Below are positions 19,311-29,929 of a stretch of 62,993 nt of DNA, piece by piece; the first letter of the stretch is position 1, and every line of letters starts with the position of its first letter. The notes beneath the pieces are model-generated. The model was not told the DNA's origin and did no database searches. It saw only the letters and a list, made by a program, of their open reading frames with translations. The DNA comes from an uncultured bacterium (GTDB lineage: Bacteria > SAR324 > NAC60-12): positions 1 through 62,993 of the forward strand of contig CAXGMD010000008.1 of NCBI GenBank assembly GCA_964010765.1, written 5' to 3'. Made by a program: the position numbers and the translations under genes.

Positions 19311-21257
19311 GTGCTTGATTTAGGATTTGCTAACATCCAACCGGTGCAAAGTGACACTCCCAACATCAAGGTCATTGGGATTGGTGGTGGGGGTGGCAAT
19401 GCCATCAATCGAATGGTTGATGCAGGGATAAGCGGTGTCGAATTCATTGCTGCAAATACAGACCTGCAGGATCTCAACAAGTCTAAAGCCACCTACAAAC
19501 TTCAGCTTGGGCGCTCTAGTACAAGAGGCCTTGGTGCAGGTGCGAAACCAGAAGTAGGTCGTGCAGCTGCAATGGAAAGTGAAGCTCAAATCCGGGAGAG
19601 CATTGATGGGGCTGACATGGTCTTCATCACTGCTGGGATGGGGGGTGGAACTGGAACTGGGGGAGCCCCAGTCATCTCAAGGATAGCCCGGGAATCACGC
19701 GCGCTGACAGTTGGTGTAGTTACTCTTCCATTCAATTTTGAAGCGAGCAAACGTCGTCGTTTAGCAGAAGAAGGCATTGAAGAACTCCAAAAGCACGTTG
19801 ATACGCTGATTATAATTCCCAACAACAATCTGTTGGGAATTATTGACCAACGAACTTCCTTGGTGGAAGCGTTCAGTTTTGCTGATGATGTCCTTCGGCA
19901 AGGAATTCAGGGAATTTCAGATCTGATCACGTTAGACGGCATCGTCAATTTGGACTTTGCCGATGTCCGTACAGTCATGGAAAACAAGGGCAAAGCAGTG
20001 ATGGGTACAGGCCGAGCCTCTGGTGACAAGCGTGCTAGAAGAGCCGCAGAAAGAGCCATCCATAGCCCACTTCTCAGTGATTGTAATATCAGAGGGGCTC
20101 GAGGCATTCTGATGAATGTTGTCGGCAGCGAGTCTATGACACTTCATGAGGTTCATGAGGCTTCATCGTTCATTGAAGAACAAGGTCATGAAGATGCCGT
20201 CATCATTTGGGGTGCTTCAATTAATCCAGGTCTGGGTGATGAGATTCTGATTACGGTAATTGCAACAGGATTTGATAATCAACCATCTGTTTCAACGAAG
20301 AGTCCCGCTCAAGAAATTACCGAAGAGGTTGCAGAACTGCCAATTGCTGAAGAGCAAATACCGGATGTAAAAGAGGTAGAAGTTGAGCCGGAGAGGATGG
20401 TCAGATTTGAGCCGCCAGAGCCTACAGTCGCTGCAGTGATTGAAAAAGAGGAAGAAGTAGAGGTAGACGAAGTAAATGAAGAAAACACTCCAGGGATTGT
20501 TTTCGCCCTAGAACCAGAAGAGATTGAAGAAGAGGAATCATCATTTGCGCCATTGGAAGAGCCTAGAATCACTCTAGTAGCTGAAACCGAACAGGAGGAG
20601 CCTCACCCTGAAATGGATGAAATTCAACCCGAACCAATGTCTACTCAAAGTCCAGATGCGGCAGAGGAAGAAATCCCAGTGATTGCAGATGATGAATCGG
20701 AAGAACCTGCCTTTTATTCTCTAGGAGGAAGTGAGGTTGGCGATGAAGAGGTTGAACCTGTAATGTATGTTGCTGCACCGACAAATCATTTTCTAGAGGA
20801 AAGGGTTCCGCTAGAAGAACCAACCGAAGCGGTGGGCCAGGTTGAAGTTATACCAACAATCCAAAAATCAAACACTCCACCTGATAGAACGGAAGACTCT
20901 GTTATCGTTGAAACGGTGGAACCAGTAATTGCAGTAGCAAGTGCTTCAGGAGCAAGGATAAGGAGACCAGAAGGGGTAGAAATTGAGACAGCCCCAAGGG
21001 AAATTTTTAACTCGTCTGCGGCTAAGAAGTTGACGGATGCTCATCAGCGGCGATCTCAGGAACTCAGGGAGATGCCCAAAACTACTGAAAACATTACAAA
21101 TAAAGTTGATGTGACGGAGAAGACTACTATCTCGGCTGCTAATCCAACACTAACTGCGCAACCGACTATTCGGGGGTTTCAAAACCGCAGGGACTTTCAC
21201 AAAAATTTAGACATTCCGACTTTCATTCGTAAAAAACTCTCACCGCCCAGTAACTGA
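19311..21257 (+). CDS. ftsZ: Cell division protein FtsZ with very long acidic linker
   Basis: [29 protein letters not shown] (F321), C-terminal LDIPTFIRK (from L633). Confidence 0.95.
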   Translation: MLDLGFANIQPVQSDTPNIKVIGIGGGGGNAINRMVDAGISGVEFIAANTDLQDLNKSKATYKLQLGRSSTRGLGAGAKPEVGRAAAMESEAQIRESIDGADMVFITAGMGGGTGTGGAPVISRIARESRALTVGVVTLPFNFEASKRRRLAEEGIEELQKHVDTLIIIPNNNLLGIIDQRTSLVEAFSFADDVLRQGIQGISDLITLDGIVNLDFADVRTVMENKGKAVMGTGRASGDKRARRAAERAIHSPLLSDCNIRGARGILMNVVGSESMTLHEVHEASSFIEEQGHEDAVIIWGASINPGLGDEILITVIATGFDNQPSVSTKSPAQEITEEVAELPIAEEQIPDVKEVEVEPERMVRFEPPEPTVAAVIEKEEEVEVDEVNEENTPGIVFALEPEEIEEEESSFAPLEEPRITLVAETEQEEPHPEMDEIQPEPMSTQSPDAAEEEIPVIADDESEEPAFYSLGGSEVGDEEVEPVMYVAAPTNHFLEERVPLEEPTEAVGQVEVIPTIQKSNTPPDRTEDSVIVETVEPVIAVASASGARIRRPEGVEIETAPREIFNSSAAKKLTDAHQRRSQELREMPKTTENITNKVDVTEKTTISAANPTLTAQPTIRGFQNRRDFHKNLDIPTFIRKKLSPPSN

Positions 21258-21272
21258 TCCAAAGAAATTGAC

Positions 21273-21305
21273 GTTCAAAGAAATCTTTTGCAGTTTTCTT
21301 TGAAC
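21273..21305. terminator. Inverted repeat after ftsZ
   Basis: gttcaaagaaa-N11-tttctttgaac, perfect 11 bp arms; no poly-T tail. Confidence 0.45.
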
Positions 21306-21370
21306 AAGGTGATGCTCCTTCCCTCGATGCATCCCTGAAAGTCAATTTTCCTCAGCGTTTCAATCCTGCA

Positions 21371-22237
21371 ATGAGACATTTATATTTACCAAGTGTATTG
21401 AGTCTTGGGCTACTTGGTAGCTTGTTAGCTTGGATTGTGGCGCAATTTGTTTCAATTCTCGCTGAGAGTCTTCTTATTTTGCCAGAAACGACACTTCCAT
21501 TATTACATCACATTTTGGAAGGAGCGTTATTTGGAGCAGGCTTGGGGATGGCACTCCAAATCCGTGAGATATACTTTCAAGGAAGTGAAATTGAATCCTT
21601 GGTCAAACAAGGAGTCAATGGTTTGTTTGATGGTTTGTTACTAGGCTTAGGTGTGACTCTACTCTCTGTGACATTTTCTGAAAGATTTCCACAGTACCAA
21701 TTTGGAGGACTGCTCTATGCGGTTTTATTGGGAGGTGGCATCGGAATTCAAACTTCGAGAGGATGTAATGCTTGGAAGGTCCGCCTACAACTTGGGCTCT
21801 TAGCGGCTGTCGGTGGCGGAGGAGCTCTCTATATTTTATCAACATTGCAGTCGGTTTTTCTGATTCAAGGATTTGCTAGTTGGATTCCGCTGTTGTCAAT
21901 AGGTTTTGGTATTTCCCTGCTATTGGGACTGCCAGAAGCACTGTTCAATCGTTCCCGATTACATCTACTAACCGGGGAGCGTGAAGGACATGTTTACTGG
22001 CTCCATCCGTTTTATAGTTCACTAGGGTATAGCCTTCAAAACAATCTGATCCTACATCCCTTTCGAGAAGTACGTGGAGAACAAGCTTGTATCGAGCGAG
22101 ATCGGGGTCAAATTTTTTTAAAGAATTATGGTGATTCCCAGGAAGTACTGTTGAATTACAGGCCTGTTGTGCAGCAAGAACTCCAGTCAGGAGACCTTAT
22201 CAAGATCGGAACGGCGCTGCTGCAGTTCACCAAATAG
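21371..22237 (+). CDS. Multi-pass membrane protein with C-terminal FHA-like domain
   Basis: About 6 Gly-rich hydrophobic segments, then ...LLNYRPVVQQELQSGDLIKIGTALLQF resembling FHA C-terminal strands. Confidence 0.7.
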   Translation: MRHLYLPSVLSLGLLGSLLAWIVAQFVSILAESLLILPETTLPLLHHILEGALFGAGLGMALQIREIYFQGSEIESLVKQGVNGLFDGLLLGLGVTLLSVTFSERFPQYQFGGLLYAVLLGGGIGIQTSRGCNAWKVRLQLGLLAAVGGGGALYILSTLQSVFLIQGFASWIPLLSIGFGISLLLGLPEALFNRSRLHLLTGEREGHVYWLHPFYSSLGYSLQNNLILHPFREVRGEQACIERDRGQIFLKNYGDSQEVLLNYRPVVQQELQSGDLIKIGTALLQFTK

Positions 22238-22239
22238 CA

Positions 22240-23187
22240 ATGCCTGATTCAATTCGTAACTGGCAACGACTTCTCATAGGAGTGTTGCTAGTGATGGGGC
22301 TGGTGCCAACGCATGCTAATGCGGATATGCAATCCCCAAGTGTACAATTTGTTCTGCACGAACCCACCTCGTCTTCTGTTGATCCGAACAAAATCTCGCC
22401 CCCGCTGGAACCAATCGACCCCTTACAATTTGGAATCCTGATCGGTTTAATGTTGACCTTAGCCGGTTGCCTTTTCTGGTTTTGGCGATCGCGCAGCCAA
22501 CCTGTACGCAAAACCGAAGTGGAACTTGGTTTTGAAATCATTACTCCTGGAGAGAATAGTCGATTTCTACCCTTGGAGCTAAAGAACTACACCTTGGATT
22601 ATCTGAACGATATTGAAACAAAAAATAAGCTCAGATTGTCAGCGAATTTAGAGAAGGTTGCACTGACTCCAAAGCAGAATTCATTTTACTTGGAAGACCG
22701 GAATAGTAAGAACGCTTTGTTGGTGAATCGTCGCCGCATGAACAAAGTTTTGTTGCAAAACGAGGACGTGCTGGATATCGGTGAGTTAACTCTGCTTTTC
22801 AGAAATCGATTACCTGCCTTTGTGCTTCCCTCTGCTGAAGAAGGGAACCCGTTGCTCTATCCACGGCGATCGTTAACTCCGAAAGGCCCCTTACCCTCTT
22901 CAACGGCTTCTCTGCGCTTTCTCGGTAACCGTCAGGATTTTCCATTAGTACGCAACATTATGATACTAGGTAGATCTGAGACATGCGACATGGTACTTGA
23001 GGATTCAAGTGTTCACCTCAGACACGCGCGCATCTTTCGGTCGGGGACAGTTTACAAGCTCCAAAACCTAAGTACAGAAGGGACTTATCTGAATTCAAGA
23101 CGTGTTGAGCAAAAGGAGCTTCATGATGGAGATGAAATCGCTGTGGGACGTTATGTGTTCATTTTCCAAAGTGGCAAGAAACGATGA
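22240..23187 (+). CDS. Membrane-anchored protein with two FHA-like domains
   Basis: Signal peptide and TM helix; FYLEDRNSKNALLVN...LQNEDVLDIG and ILGRSETCDMVL...RHARI...GTYLN...LHDGDEIAVG. Confidence 0.78.
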   Translation: MPDSIRNWQRLLIGVLLVMGLVPTHANADMQSPSVQFVLHEPTSSSVDPNKISPPLEPIDPLQFGILIGLMLTLAGCLFWFWRSRSQPVRKTEVELGFEIITPGENSRFLPLELKNYTLDYLNDIETKNKLRLSANLEKVALTPKQNSFYLEDRNSKNALLVNRRRMNKVLLQNEDVLDIGELTLLFRNRLPAFVLPSAEEGNPLLYPRRSLTPKGPLPSSTASLRFLGNRQDFPLVRNIMILGRSETCDMVLEDSSVHLRHARIFRSGTVYKLQNLSTEGTYLNSRRVEQKELHDGDEIAVGRYVFIFQSGKKR

Positions 23188-23663
23188 ATAAGCAGTCGCG
23201 GTTGCTTTTTGTGTGCATGGGCAATATCTGTCGCTCCCCGACAGCTGAGGGAATCATGCTCCACCTGATCCGAAAAGATGGGCTAGAAGAGTTGATTGAA
23301 TGTGATTCTGCCGGGACGCACGGATATCATGTTGGAGAGCCAGCTGATTCAAGAATGCTGAAGCATGCTCAGATACGAGGATATGATTTACCAAGCCGTT
23401 CCCGTAAACTTCATCCAGTGAGTGACTTTCCTTACTATGACTGGATTCTGGTTATGGATGATCGTAACTACCAAGATGTAATAGGTTTGGACTCTTCTCG
23501 AGAATATGCATCTAAAATCCGAAGGATGACTGATTTCTGCCAATTGATGAAGGTAAATGAAGTCCCAGACCCTTACTATGGTGGAGATGCAGGCTTTGAA
23601 CTAGTGATTGATATTTTGGAAGATGCTTGTGCAGGATTGATGGAGAGGTTAAAAGCTGAATGA
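23184..23663 (+). CDS. Low molecular weight protein-tyrosine phosphatase
   Basis: VCMGNICRSPTAE P-loop, DSAGT, VPDPYYGG. Confidence 0.93.
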   Translation: MNKQSRLLFVCMGNICRSPTAEGIMLHLIRKDGLEELIECDSAGTHGYHVGEPADSRMLKHAQIRGYDLPSRSRKLHPVSDFPYYDWILVMDDRNYQDVIGLDSSREYASKIRRMTDFCQLMKVNEVPDPYYGGDAGFELVIDILEDACAGLMERLKAE

Positions 23664-24514
23664 ATGCAGGTCTCCGTGAAAGTCTACAAGCGGTTCTGGA
23701 ACAACCTATTCTAGATTGGTTGCCGGTTTCAGGTGGTTGTATTAGTGAAGCATGGCAAGTCAGAACAGCGCAGGAAACTGTATTCGTTAAGTTGTCAACG
23801 GGCTTATTGCCAGGAATGCTTGCAGCAGAGGCAGAGGGTCTCAATGAGTTAGCAAAATCAGGTGCGATCCGTGTTCCTGAAGTCATCAGGTTGACAGAAA
23901 ATTTTCTCATTCTGGAATTTATACCAACCGCCATCAATCCCCCTTCAGATTTTTGGTCCAAGTTGGGTCGGCAGTTGGCTAATTTACATGCTTATTCCGA
24001 GAAAATCCCTGGATTCCATCAAGATAATTTCATCGGCCGGAGTCCACAGAAAAATCACTGCACAGCAAACTGGAAAGAGTTTTTCTGGCAAAGCAGGCTG
24101 TTACCCCAATGGGAAATGGCAATGCAGCGTGATATCCCAAACAAAATAAAACTACTTTGGCAGCAGTTGGAGAGTTTTTGGCCAGCACCGTTGGACGGCT
24201 CATCAGCGCAGGCTTCTTTGCTTCATGGAGATCTGTGGAGCGGAAATGTTTTGGTAAGCAAAAATGGTGAGCCAGTAGTGATTGACCCAGCTGTCTATTA
24301 TGGTGATGCAGAAGCAGATCTGTCGTTGACTTATCTTTTCGGAGGCTTCCCTACCACGTTCTATCAGGCCTACCAAGAAATACGCCCAAAAAGGGAGGGC
24401 TTTGCTCGAAGACAAAAAGTCTATCAACTCTATCACCTACTGAATCACTTCAATCTCTTCGGTAACAGTTATACGCAGTCAGTCGAATCCTGCCTTGGGG
24501 AGATCACCCGTTAA
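23660..24514 (+). CDS. Fructosamine/ketosamine-3-kinase family protein
   Basis: VSGGCIS, FVK, EAEGL, DNFIG, LLHGDLWSGN, IDPAVYYG, YQLYHLLNHFNLFG. Confidence 0.93.
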   Translation: MNAGLRESLQAVLEQPILDWLPVSGGCISEAWQVRTAQETVFVKLSTGLLPGMLAAEAEGLNELAKSGAIRVPEVIRLTENFLILEFIPTAINPPSDFWSKLGRQLANLHAYSEKIPGFHQDNFIGRSPQKNHCTANWKEFFWQSRLLPQWEMAMQRDIPNKIKLLWQQLESFWPAPLDGSSAQASLLHGDLWSGNVLVSKNGEPVVIDPAVYYGDAEADLSLTYLFGGFPTTFYQAYQEIRPKREGFARRQKVYQLYHLLNHFNLFGNSYTQSVESCLGEITR

Positions 24515-24549
24515 TGACTCTTTGAAGTCAAAGTAACTGAGTACACTCA

Positions 24550-24747
24550 ATGGAAGTAGAACTCCTAAAAGCACTTTTACAAGCTGTACAGGAAAACAAT
24601 TCAGAACTGAAAGCTATTCGCCGTTTGCTAGAAGCTCAAAATCGAGAAGGTTTGGTGATGCCAGAAAGTCCAAATCCACCAAATTTACAAGAAACAGAAT
24701 CATGGAACAATGAGGTGGATCGCTTGTTTCGTGGGGAGTTGGGTTAG
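24550..24747 (+). CDS. Small hypothetical protein
   Basis: 65 aa, ATG start, N-terminal coiled-coil-like segment; fills the gap up to the convergent glgA stop. Confidence 0.55.
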   Translation: MEVELLKALLQAVQENNSELKAIRRLLEAQNREGLVMPESPNPPNLQETESWNNEVDRLFRGELG

Positions 24748-26201
24748 TTGATAGGAGTTTTCAGAGCTTTAGTATAGATGTTTTCATATTGGGTGGCGGT
24801 GTTTTCCCAAGAAAATCTTTGGCGCATACCCAATTTAATTCTGTTTTCGAATGAAGCGTGGTCGTTGGTAAAACAATCAATCCCTCTCTTTATAGCACCA
24901 AGAGTATCATCCGCATTGGGCTCTGTAAATACGAACCCTGTTCCGTTCCCACCGGATGTGTCGTTCTCCCAAACCGTATCTCGGAGACCGCCTACGGCTC
25001 TAACGATCGGAAGCGTGCCGTAGCGAAGACTATACATCTGATTGAGTCCACAGGGTTCATAGAGCGAGGGCATCAGGAAGAAGTCACTTCCGGCTTCAAT
25101 TCGATGAGCTAAGGCCTCATTATAACCATCGTGAAACTGCAATTTCTCTGGATTCATCTCACTCAATCTGGTGATTTCCTCAACAATCCAGCGCTCTCCG
25201 CTACCTAGAATTGCAAACTGAACTTGCTCACTCAGAACTTTGGCAATCGCCGGTAAAGAGAAATCAAATCCCTTTTGTCCTGTCAACCTACTAACAATTC
25301 CAATCAAAGGAACTTCGGGAGCTTCTGGTAGTCCCATCTCAGCTTGCAATGCCGACTTACATTCAAATTTTCCTGATAAGTTTCCTAGATCATAGTTGGA
25401 AGTAAGATAGGGATCATTTGCAGGATTCCATACCTCGTATTCACAGCCATTTAAAATTCCACTGAAAACTTCTTTGCGTGCCTCGTAAGACTCATGTAGA
25501 CCATGACCTCCCAGTGGAGTTTTTAGTTCTTCAGCATAACCAACACTCACTGCATTCAATTGATCCGCAGCTCTAAGCCCGCCTTTCAATAAATTGATTT
25601 GTCCATGATCTTCAAACCCCGCTGGATGAAACCAATCATCCCCGATCTCCAAAAAGGATTTTGCAGAGGCTGAGCAATGCCCCTGATAGCCGCCATTATG
25701 AATGGTCAGCAGAGAGCGTGTCTTAGCAAATTCGGGATAGGTTGTACGATATTTGCGCAGATAAAGGCATGCTAACGCTCCTTGCCAGTCATTAACATGA
25801 ATGATGTCTGGAATGAAATTTTCAGCTAGACAGAGTTGAAGCGCAGCTTTGCAAAAGAATCCAAAGCGTTCTCCGTTATCTGGATGGGGATTGCCGCCTA
25901 CATCTTCGTAGGGATGGCTACGTAAGAAAAAATCATTGTATTCAATCAGATAACCAGTTAACCGCTCTAGCTCTGTCTGTTGAACTGCACAGAAAAGCTC
26001 TGTGTCTCCCATTGGAACCCCCAGTGAGGAGACTGCAGTTGAGTAATTTTTAGTTCTTGCAATGGAAAGATAATTAGGAAGAACAAGTCTTACGTCGTGG
26101 CCTTTCTGACGAAGCGCCAGGGGAAGAGCTCGAGCAACATCAGCCAAGCCACCAGTCTTGATGAGTCCGGTAGCTTCAGAGGACAAGAAGAGAATATTCA
26201 T
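24744..26201 (-). CDS. glgA: Glycogen synthase
   Basis: KTGGLADV, IIHVNDWQ, GILNG, SRLTGQKG, MPSLYEPCGLNQ. Confidence 0.95.
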   Translation of the reverse strand: MNILFLSSEATGLIKTGGLADVARALPLALRQKGHDVRLVLPNYLSIARTKNYSTAVSSLGVPMGDTELFCAVQQTELERLTGYLIEYNDFFLRSHPYEDVGGNPHPDNGERFGFFCKAALQLCLAENFIPDIIHVNDWQGALACLYLRKYRTTYPEFAKTRSLLTIHNGGYQGHCSASAKSFLEIGDDWFHPAGFEDHGQINLLKGGLRAADQLNAVSVGYAEELKTPLGGHGLHESYEARKEVFSGILNGCEYEVWNPANDPYLTSNYDLGNLSGKFECKSALQAEMGLPEAPEVPLIGIVSRLTGQKGFDFSLPAIAKVLSEQVQFAILGSGERWIVEEITRLSEMNPEKLQFHDGYNEALAHRIEAGSDFFLMPSLYEPCGLNQMYSLRYGTLPIVRAVGGLRDTVWENDTSGGNGTGFVFTEPNADDTLGAIKRGIDCFTNDHASFENRIKLGMRQRFSWENTATQYENIYTKALKTPIN

Positions 26202-26203
26202 GC

Positions 26204-27433
26204 TTAGTTGATTGTAGAACCTTTTGGAATTACCACAATCCCAGAGTCAGTCACATGGTAGCGCTGGCGATCAGCTTCCAAATCATAGCCAATCACAGTA
26301 TCTGGGCCAATCTTGACCTGCTTGTCGATGATAGTCCGCTTAATTCGACAATTTCTGGCAATTTCAACGTCATTCATGATGACTGATTCACTAATGTGGG
26401 AGTAGCTATGGACTCGGACGTTGTATCCCAAAACACTATTGATCACTAAGGCGCCACTGATGATGGATCCAGCAGAAATAATCGCATTGATCGCATGGCC
26501 CGTTCGCAGATCGCTGAAGTGTACAAATTTTGCGGGAGGCAAAGGAGGAGTGTGGCTTCGAACTGGCCACTTCTGGTTATAGAGGTCGAATTCTGGTTTG
26601 ATACCGACCAGATCCATGTTTGATTCCCAATAAGCGTCCAAGGTTCCTACGTCACGCCAGTAGCCAACCTCTTCTTCGACAGCACCAGGGACTCTATTTT
26701 GAGAAAAGTCATACACGAAGACTTGGCCGCGTGGAAACATTCTTGGGATGATATTTTTTCCGAAATCATGATCAGAGTCAGCGAACTGAGCATCTAAGAT
26801 GAGTTCATTCACCAAGGCATTTCGTTCAAATACGTAATTGCCCATCGAGGCAAGTACATGGTGTGGATCATTTGGCATCGGCTTTGGAGGGATGATCGGC
26901 TTTTCCACAAAGCCTGTCATCCGCCATTCATCATCAACCTCAATGATCCCAAAATGTTTTGCTTCGTGAAGCGGCACGGGAATAGCTGCCACAGTTAATT
27001 CAGCGTGACGCTTGGTGTGGAAGCGTAACATCTGGCTGATTTCCATCTTATAGATGTGATCTCCTCCAAAGACACAGACCAGATCGGGATCACTGTCATA
27101 AATCAGATTTAGGTTCTGGTAAATTGCATCGGCTGTTCCTTCGTACCACTTCTTACCAGTTTGCATCTGGGCGGGAATCGGATCAATGAAGAAATTCGGA
27201 ATACCAGAAATCCTCCAGCCTTGCCGCAGATGTTCCATCAACGAGTGAGATTTGAACTGCGTTAGTACAAAAACCTGCATCAGTCCAGAATTGATGAAGT
27301 TGCTTAGTACAAAATCAATGATTCTATAGTTTCCACCAAAAGGTACGGAGGGCTTTGCGCGCACAGCTGTCAAAGGATGTAATCGAGTTCCCTCTCCGCC
27401 AGCTAGGATCATGGACAGGACATTGGTACTCAT
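26204..27433 (-). CDS. glgC: Glucose-1-phosphate adenylyltransferase
   Basis: ILAGGEGTRLHPLT, RAKPSVPFGG, WYEGTADA, FVEKP, ASMGNY, YWRDVGT. Confidence 0.95.
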   Translation of the reverse strand: MSTNVLSMILAGGEGTRLHPLTAVRAKPSVPFGGNYRIIDFVLSNFINSGLMQVFVLTQFKSHSLMEHLRQGWRISGIPNFFIDPIPAQMQTGKKWYEGTADAIYQNLNLIYDSDPDLVCVFGGDHIYKMEISQMLRFHTKRHAELTVAAIPVPLHEAKHFGIIEVDDEWRMTGFVEKPIIPPKPMPNDPHHVLASMGNYVFERNALVNELILDAQFADSDHDFGKNIIPRMFPRGQVFVYDFSQNRVPGAVEEEVGYWRDVGTLDAYWESNMDLVGIKPEFDLYNQKWPVRSHTPPLPPAKFVHFSDLRTGHAINAIISAGSIISGALVINSVLGYNVRVHSYSHISESVIMNDVEIARNCRIKRTIIDKQVKIGPDTVIGYDLEADRQRYHVTDSGIVVIPKGSTIN

Positions 27434-27616
27434 GGTGTAATCTCAAAAAAGTCAGTTTTTGAAAGACTATTTAGTAAGCCTGATAATTATGAAAAGTAAG
27501 TTAGACAGACTATTATAGTATTGGAGGATACGAAATTTCTAATAATTTTGCGTAATCGTTCATAAACTGGTAGGCATGGGCTGTCAAAACTTTTAAAGGA
27601 TCACCAAAGGAAAGAA

Positions 27617-28990
27617 ATGAATGAGCAGTTTGTTGTCCCAAGTCTGGGCAATTGTCGCATCCAATCACCTTTACCACTTAGTACAAGCTCTAAGGAGGAC
27701 AACTTTCGATTTGTTGAGGACTCACAGAGGATTCTATATCAAGCTACCTTTAATAATCTTGATCAACATGAATTATTTGGAGGAGAGTCTCCCGTAAGCT
27801 TTGAAGCTGCCGGTCCAAGAGCGATGACGTTTTTTGATGCTTCCAAGGTCAGAGCGGGCATTGTGACTTGTGGAGGACTCTGCCCTGGAATCAACAATGT
27901 GATCAGAGCTCTGGTGATGCAGATGTATCACAACTATGGTGTGCGTAAGATCTATGGCTTCCGCTATGGTTTTCAGGGATTTATTCCAAAATATCGACAT
28001 GACATTACGGAATTGACGCCGGACTCCGTTGTGAACATCCATCACCAAGGAGGCAGTATACTCTCCAGCTCAAGAGGGCCTCAAGATATTGGAGAAATTG
28101 TAGACTGCCTAGATCGGCATACAATTAAAATACTGTTTTGTATTGGCGGGGATGGAACTTTGCGAGGCGCACATGCAATTGCCCAGGAAGTCAAAGCTAG
28201 AGATCTCAAGATTGCTGTAATTGGTGTGCCAAAGACGATCGACAATGACATTTCTTACTGCTCAAAAACCTTTGGATTTGAAACGGCTTTTTCTAAGGCA
28301 GTAGAAGCCGTTCAATCAGCACATGTCGAAGCTTATGGGGCTAACTACGGAGTCGTTGTGATCAAGTTGATGGGTCGTGATTCTGGGTTTATTGCAGCAA
28401 ATACCTCTTTGGCCTGTCCTGATGTGAATTTTGTCCTAATCCCAGAAGTTCGCTTTGACCTGCATGGCCCAGAAGGAATGATGGCGGCCATGGAAAATAG
28501 TTTTGATGAGAAACAGAAGAGAGGACAGCATCCGCATTCTGTGATCGTCGTTGCAGAAGGTGCCGGTCAATACTTGATGTCGAATAGAATAGAAAAGAGA
28601 GATCCCTCGGGCAACATTCGTTATAGTGATATTGGGTTATTCCTAAAAGAGAGTATTCAGAAGCATTTTGAAGGGAAGATGCCTGTTAGCGTTCGACTGA
28701 TCGAACCAAGCTATTTAATTCGATCCTTGCCCGCTAATCCCCATGATGCGATTTTCTGTTATCACCTTGCTGATCACGCTGTTCACGCAGGAATGGCTGG
28801 TCGTACAGACGTTATGATAGGTTACTGGAACAGTCATTTCACCCATGTTCCGCTGGAAGCTGTGGTGCAGCAGAAAAAACGAATTGATCCTAATGGAGAT
28901 TTCTGGAGACAGGTTCTGTTTTCAACAGGACAGCCAAATCGGATGTATAATGAGGTCCCTGAAGAATCAGACGCAAAATCGCTGAATTAA
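27617..28990 (+). CDS. pfkA: ATP-dependent 6-phosphofructokinase (group X type)
   Basis: IVTCGGLCPGINNVIR, GGSILSSSRG, IGGDGT, PKTIDNDI, KLMGRDSGFIA, PSYLIRS. Confidence 0.88.
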   Translation: MNEQFVVPSLGNCRIQSPLPLSTSSKEDNFRFVEDSQRILYQATFNNLDQHELFGGESPVSFEAAGPRAMTFFDASKVRAGIVTCGGLCPGINNVIRALVMQMYHNYGVRKIYGFRYGFQGFIPKYRHDITELTPDSVVNIHHQGGSILSSSRGPQDIGEIVDCLDRHTIKILFCIGGDGTLRGAHAIAQEVKARDLKIAVIGVPKTIDNDISYCSKTFGFETAFSKAVEAVQSAHVEAYGANYGVVVIKLMGRDSGFIAANTSLACPDVNFVLIPEVRFDLHGPEGMMAAMENSFDEKQKRGQHPHSVIVVAEGAGQYLMSNRIEKRDPSGNIRYSDIGLFLKESIQKHFEGKMPVSVRLIEPSYLIRSLPANPHDAIFCYHLADHAVHAGMAGRTDVMIGYWNSHFTHVPLEAVVQQKKRIDPNGDFWRQVLFSTGQPNRMYNEVPEESDAKSLN

Positions 28991-29923
28991 AGCCTGCTTA
29001 AAATCCTCTAATTTTGTCATTGGCAGATCATTGATCCCAGCAGCGGCTGGTCTGCCACCTCCCTCAAACCGAAGACATATCTCATCAGCCCCAACAGGGT
29101 GTATTTTCGGGGAACGAACACTGACTAGCTGAGCCCTTTCGGGTTTTTCCACCATCACAACCTGAGCTTGTTCAGGATGATTTCTTGCCTTCAAATTGCT
29201 GAATGCTCCGACAATTCGATGACTCCAAGCCGCATCAGGCAACTGATAGATGCGTAGGTTTGAGTTTTCAAAAATGGTTGGTGCTTCTTCAGCGCGTCGT
29301 AAGTCCTCTGCATATCCTTCTCTTAGAGCCAAGAATTCCGGGGCTTCTCCATAGAAATCCAGTGGACTCTGGTATCCTTGCATTTTCCAAAACAGCTCTT
29401 CGGGAGAAAACCAGAGATCGTCGACTTTTCGACCATAACCGTTGTAGTTCAGCAGTTCGCCCAACTCCTGAAGTTTTTCAACTTGGGATGAACTTAGATT
29501 AGTCTTCTGGGCTAGTGTTTTTGCGGTATCTATCAGGTTATCTCCGAAGGCTGCTGTAATCGCCCAATCTCTGTATTTGCCCTCGAGCATTTGATCCACT
29601 ATGACACTTGTGCACACTGCAGGATCAGTATCAATACAACTAATAAAATTCTTGTGCTCAGGAATGGGGCCGGAGTTGTGATGGTCAATGTAGGTCAGTC
29701 GATGGCCGTCTTGGAGGAGACGTTCTGCATCACTACGATTGGCACGCAGTGAAATATCCAGGACAGTAATTTCCGTGGGATCAACTAAAGGAATCTTGCG
29801 AAGAAGAGAGGTCTCCCGTTTGGGACCAGTGACTAGGTGAGAATGTTCTAAAGGTTGATGAAGCCTCAACTGCTGCAGGGCACAGAGCCCGTCAGCATCC
29901 CCGTTGAAGACATCATAAGGCAT
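28967..29923 (-). CDS. DHH family phosphoesterase
   Basis: DVFNGDADG, LDIS, IDHH, C-terminal GGGRPAAAG (DHHA1-like). Confidence 0.8.
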   Translation of the reverse strand: MPYDVFNGDADGLCALQQLRLHQPLEHSHLVTGPKRETSLLRKIPLVDPTEITVLDISLRANRSDAERLLQDGHRLTYIDHHNSGPIPEHKNFISCIDTDPAVCTSVIVDQMLEGKYRDWAITAAFGDNLIDTAKTLAQKTNLSSSQVEKLQELGELLNYNGYGRKVDDLWFSPEELFWKMQGYQSPLDFYGEAPEFLALREGYAEDLRRAEEAPTIFENSNLRIYQLPDAAWSHRIVGAFSNLKARNHPEQAQVVMVEKPERAQLVSVRSPKIHPVGADEICLRFEGGGRPAAAGINDLPMTKLEDFKQALIQRFCV

Positions 29924-29929
29924 TTGTCG

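Noticed and set aside
20274..21206. Tandem repeat or frameshift artefact in the ftsZ linker
   Set aside because: It is low complexity but has no repeated unit, and the frame runs intact into the conserved C-terminal peptide.
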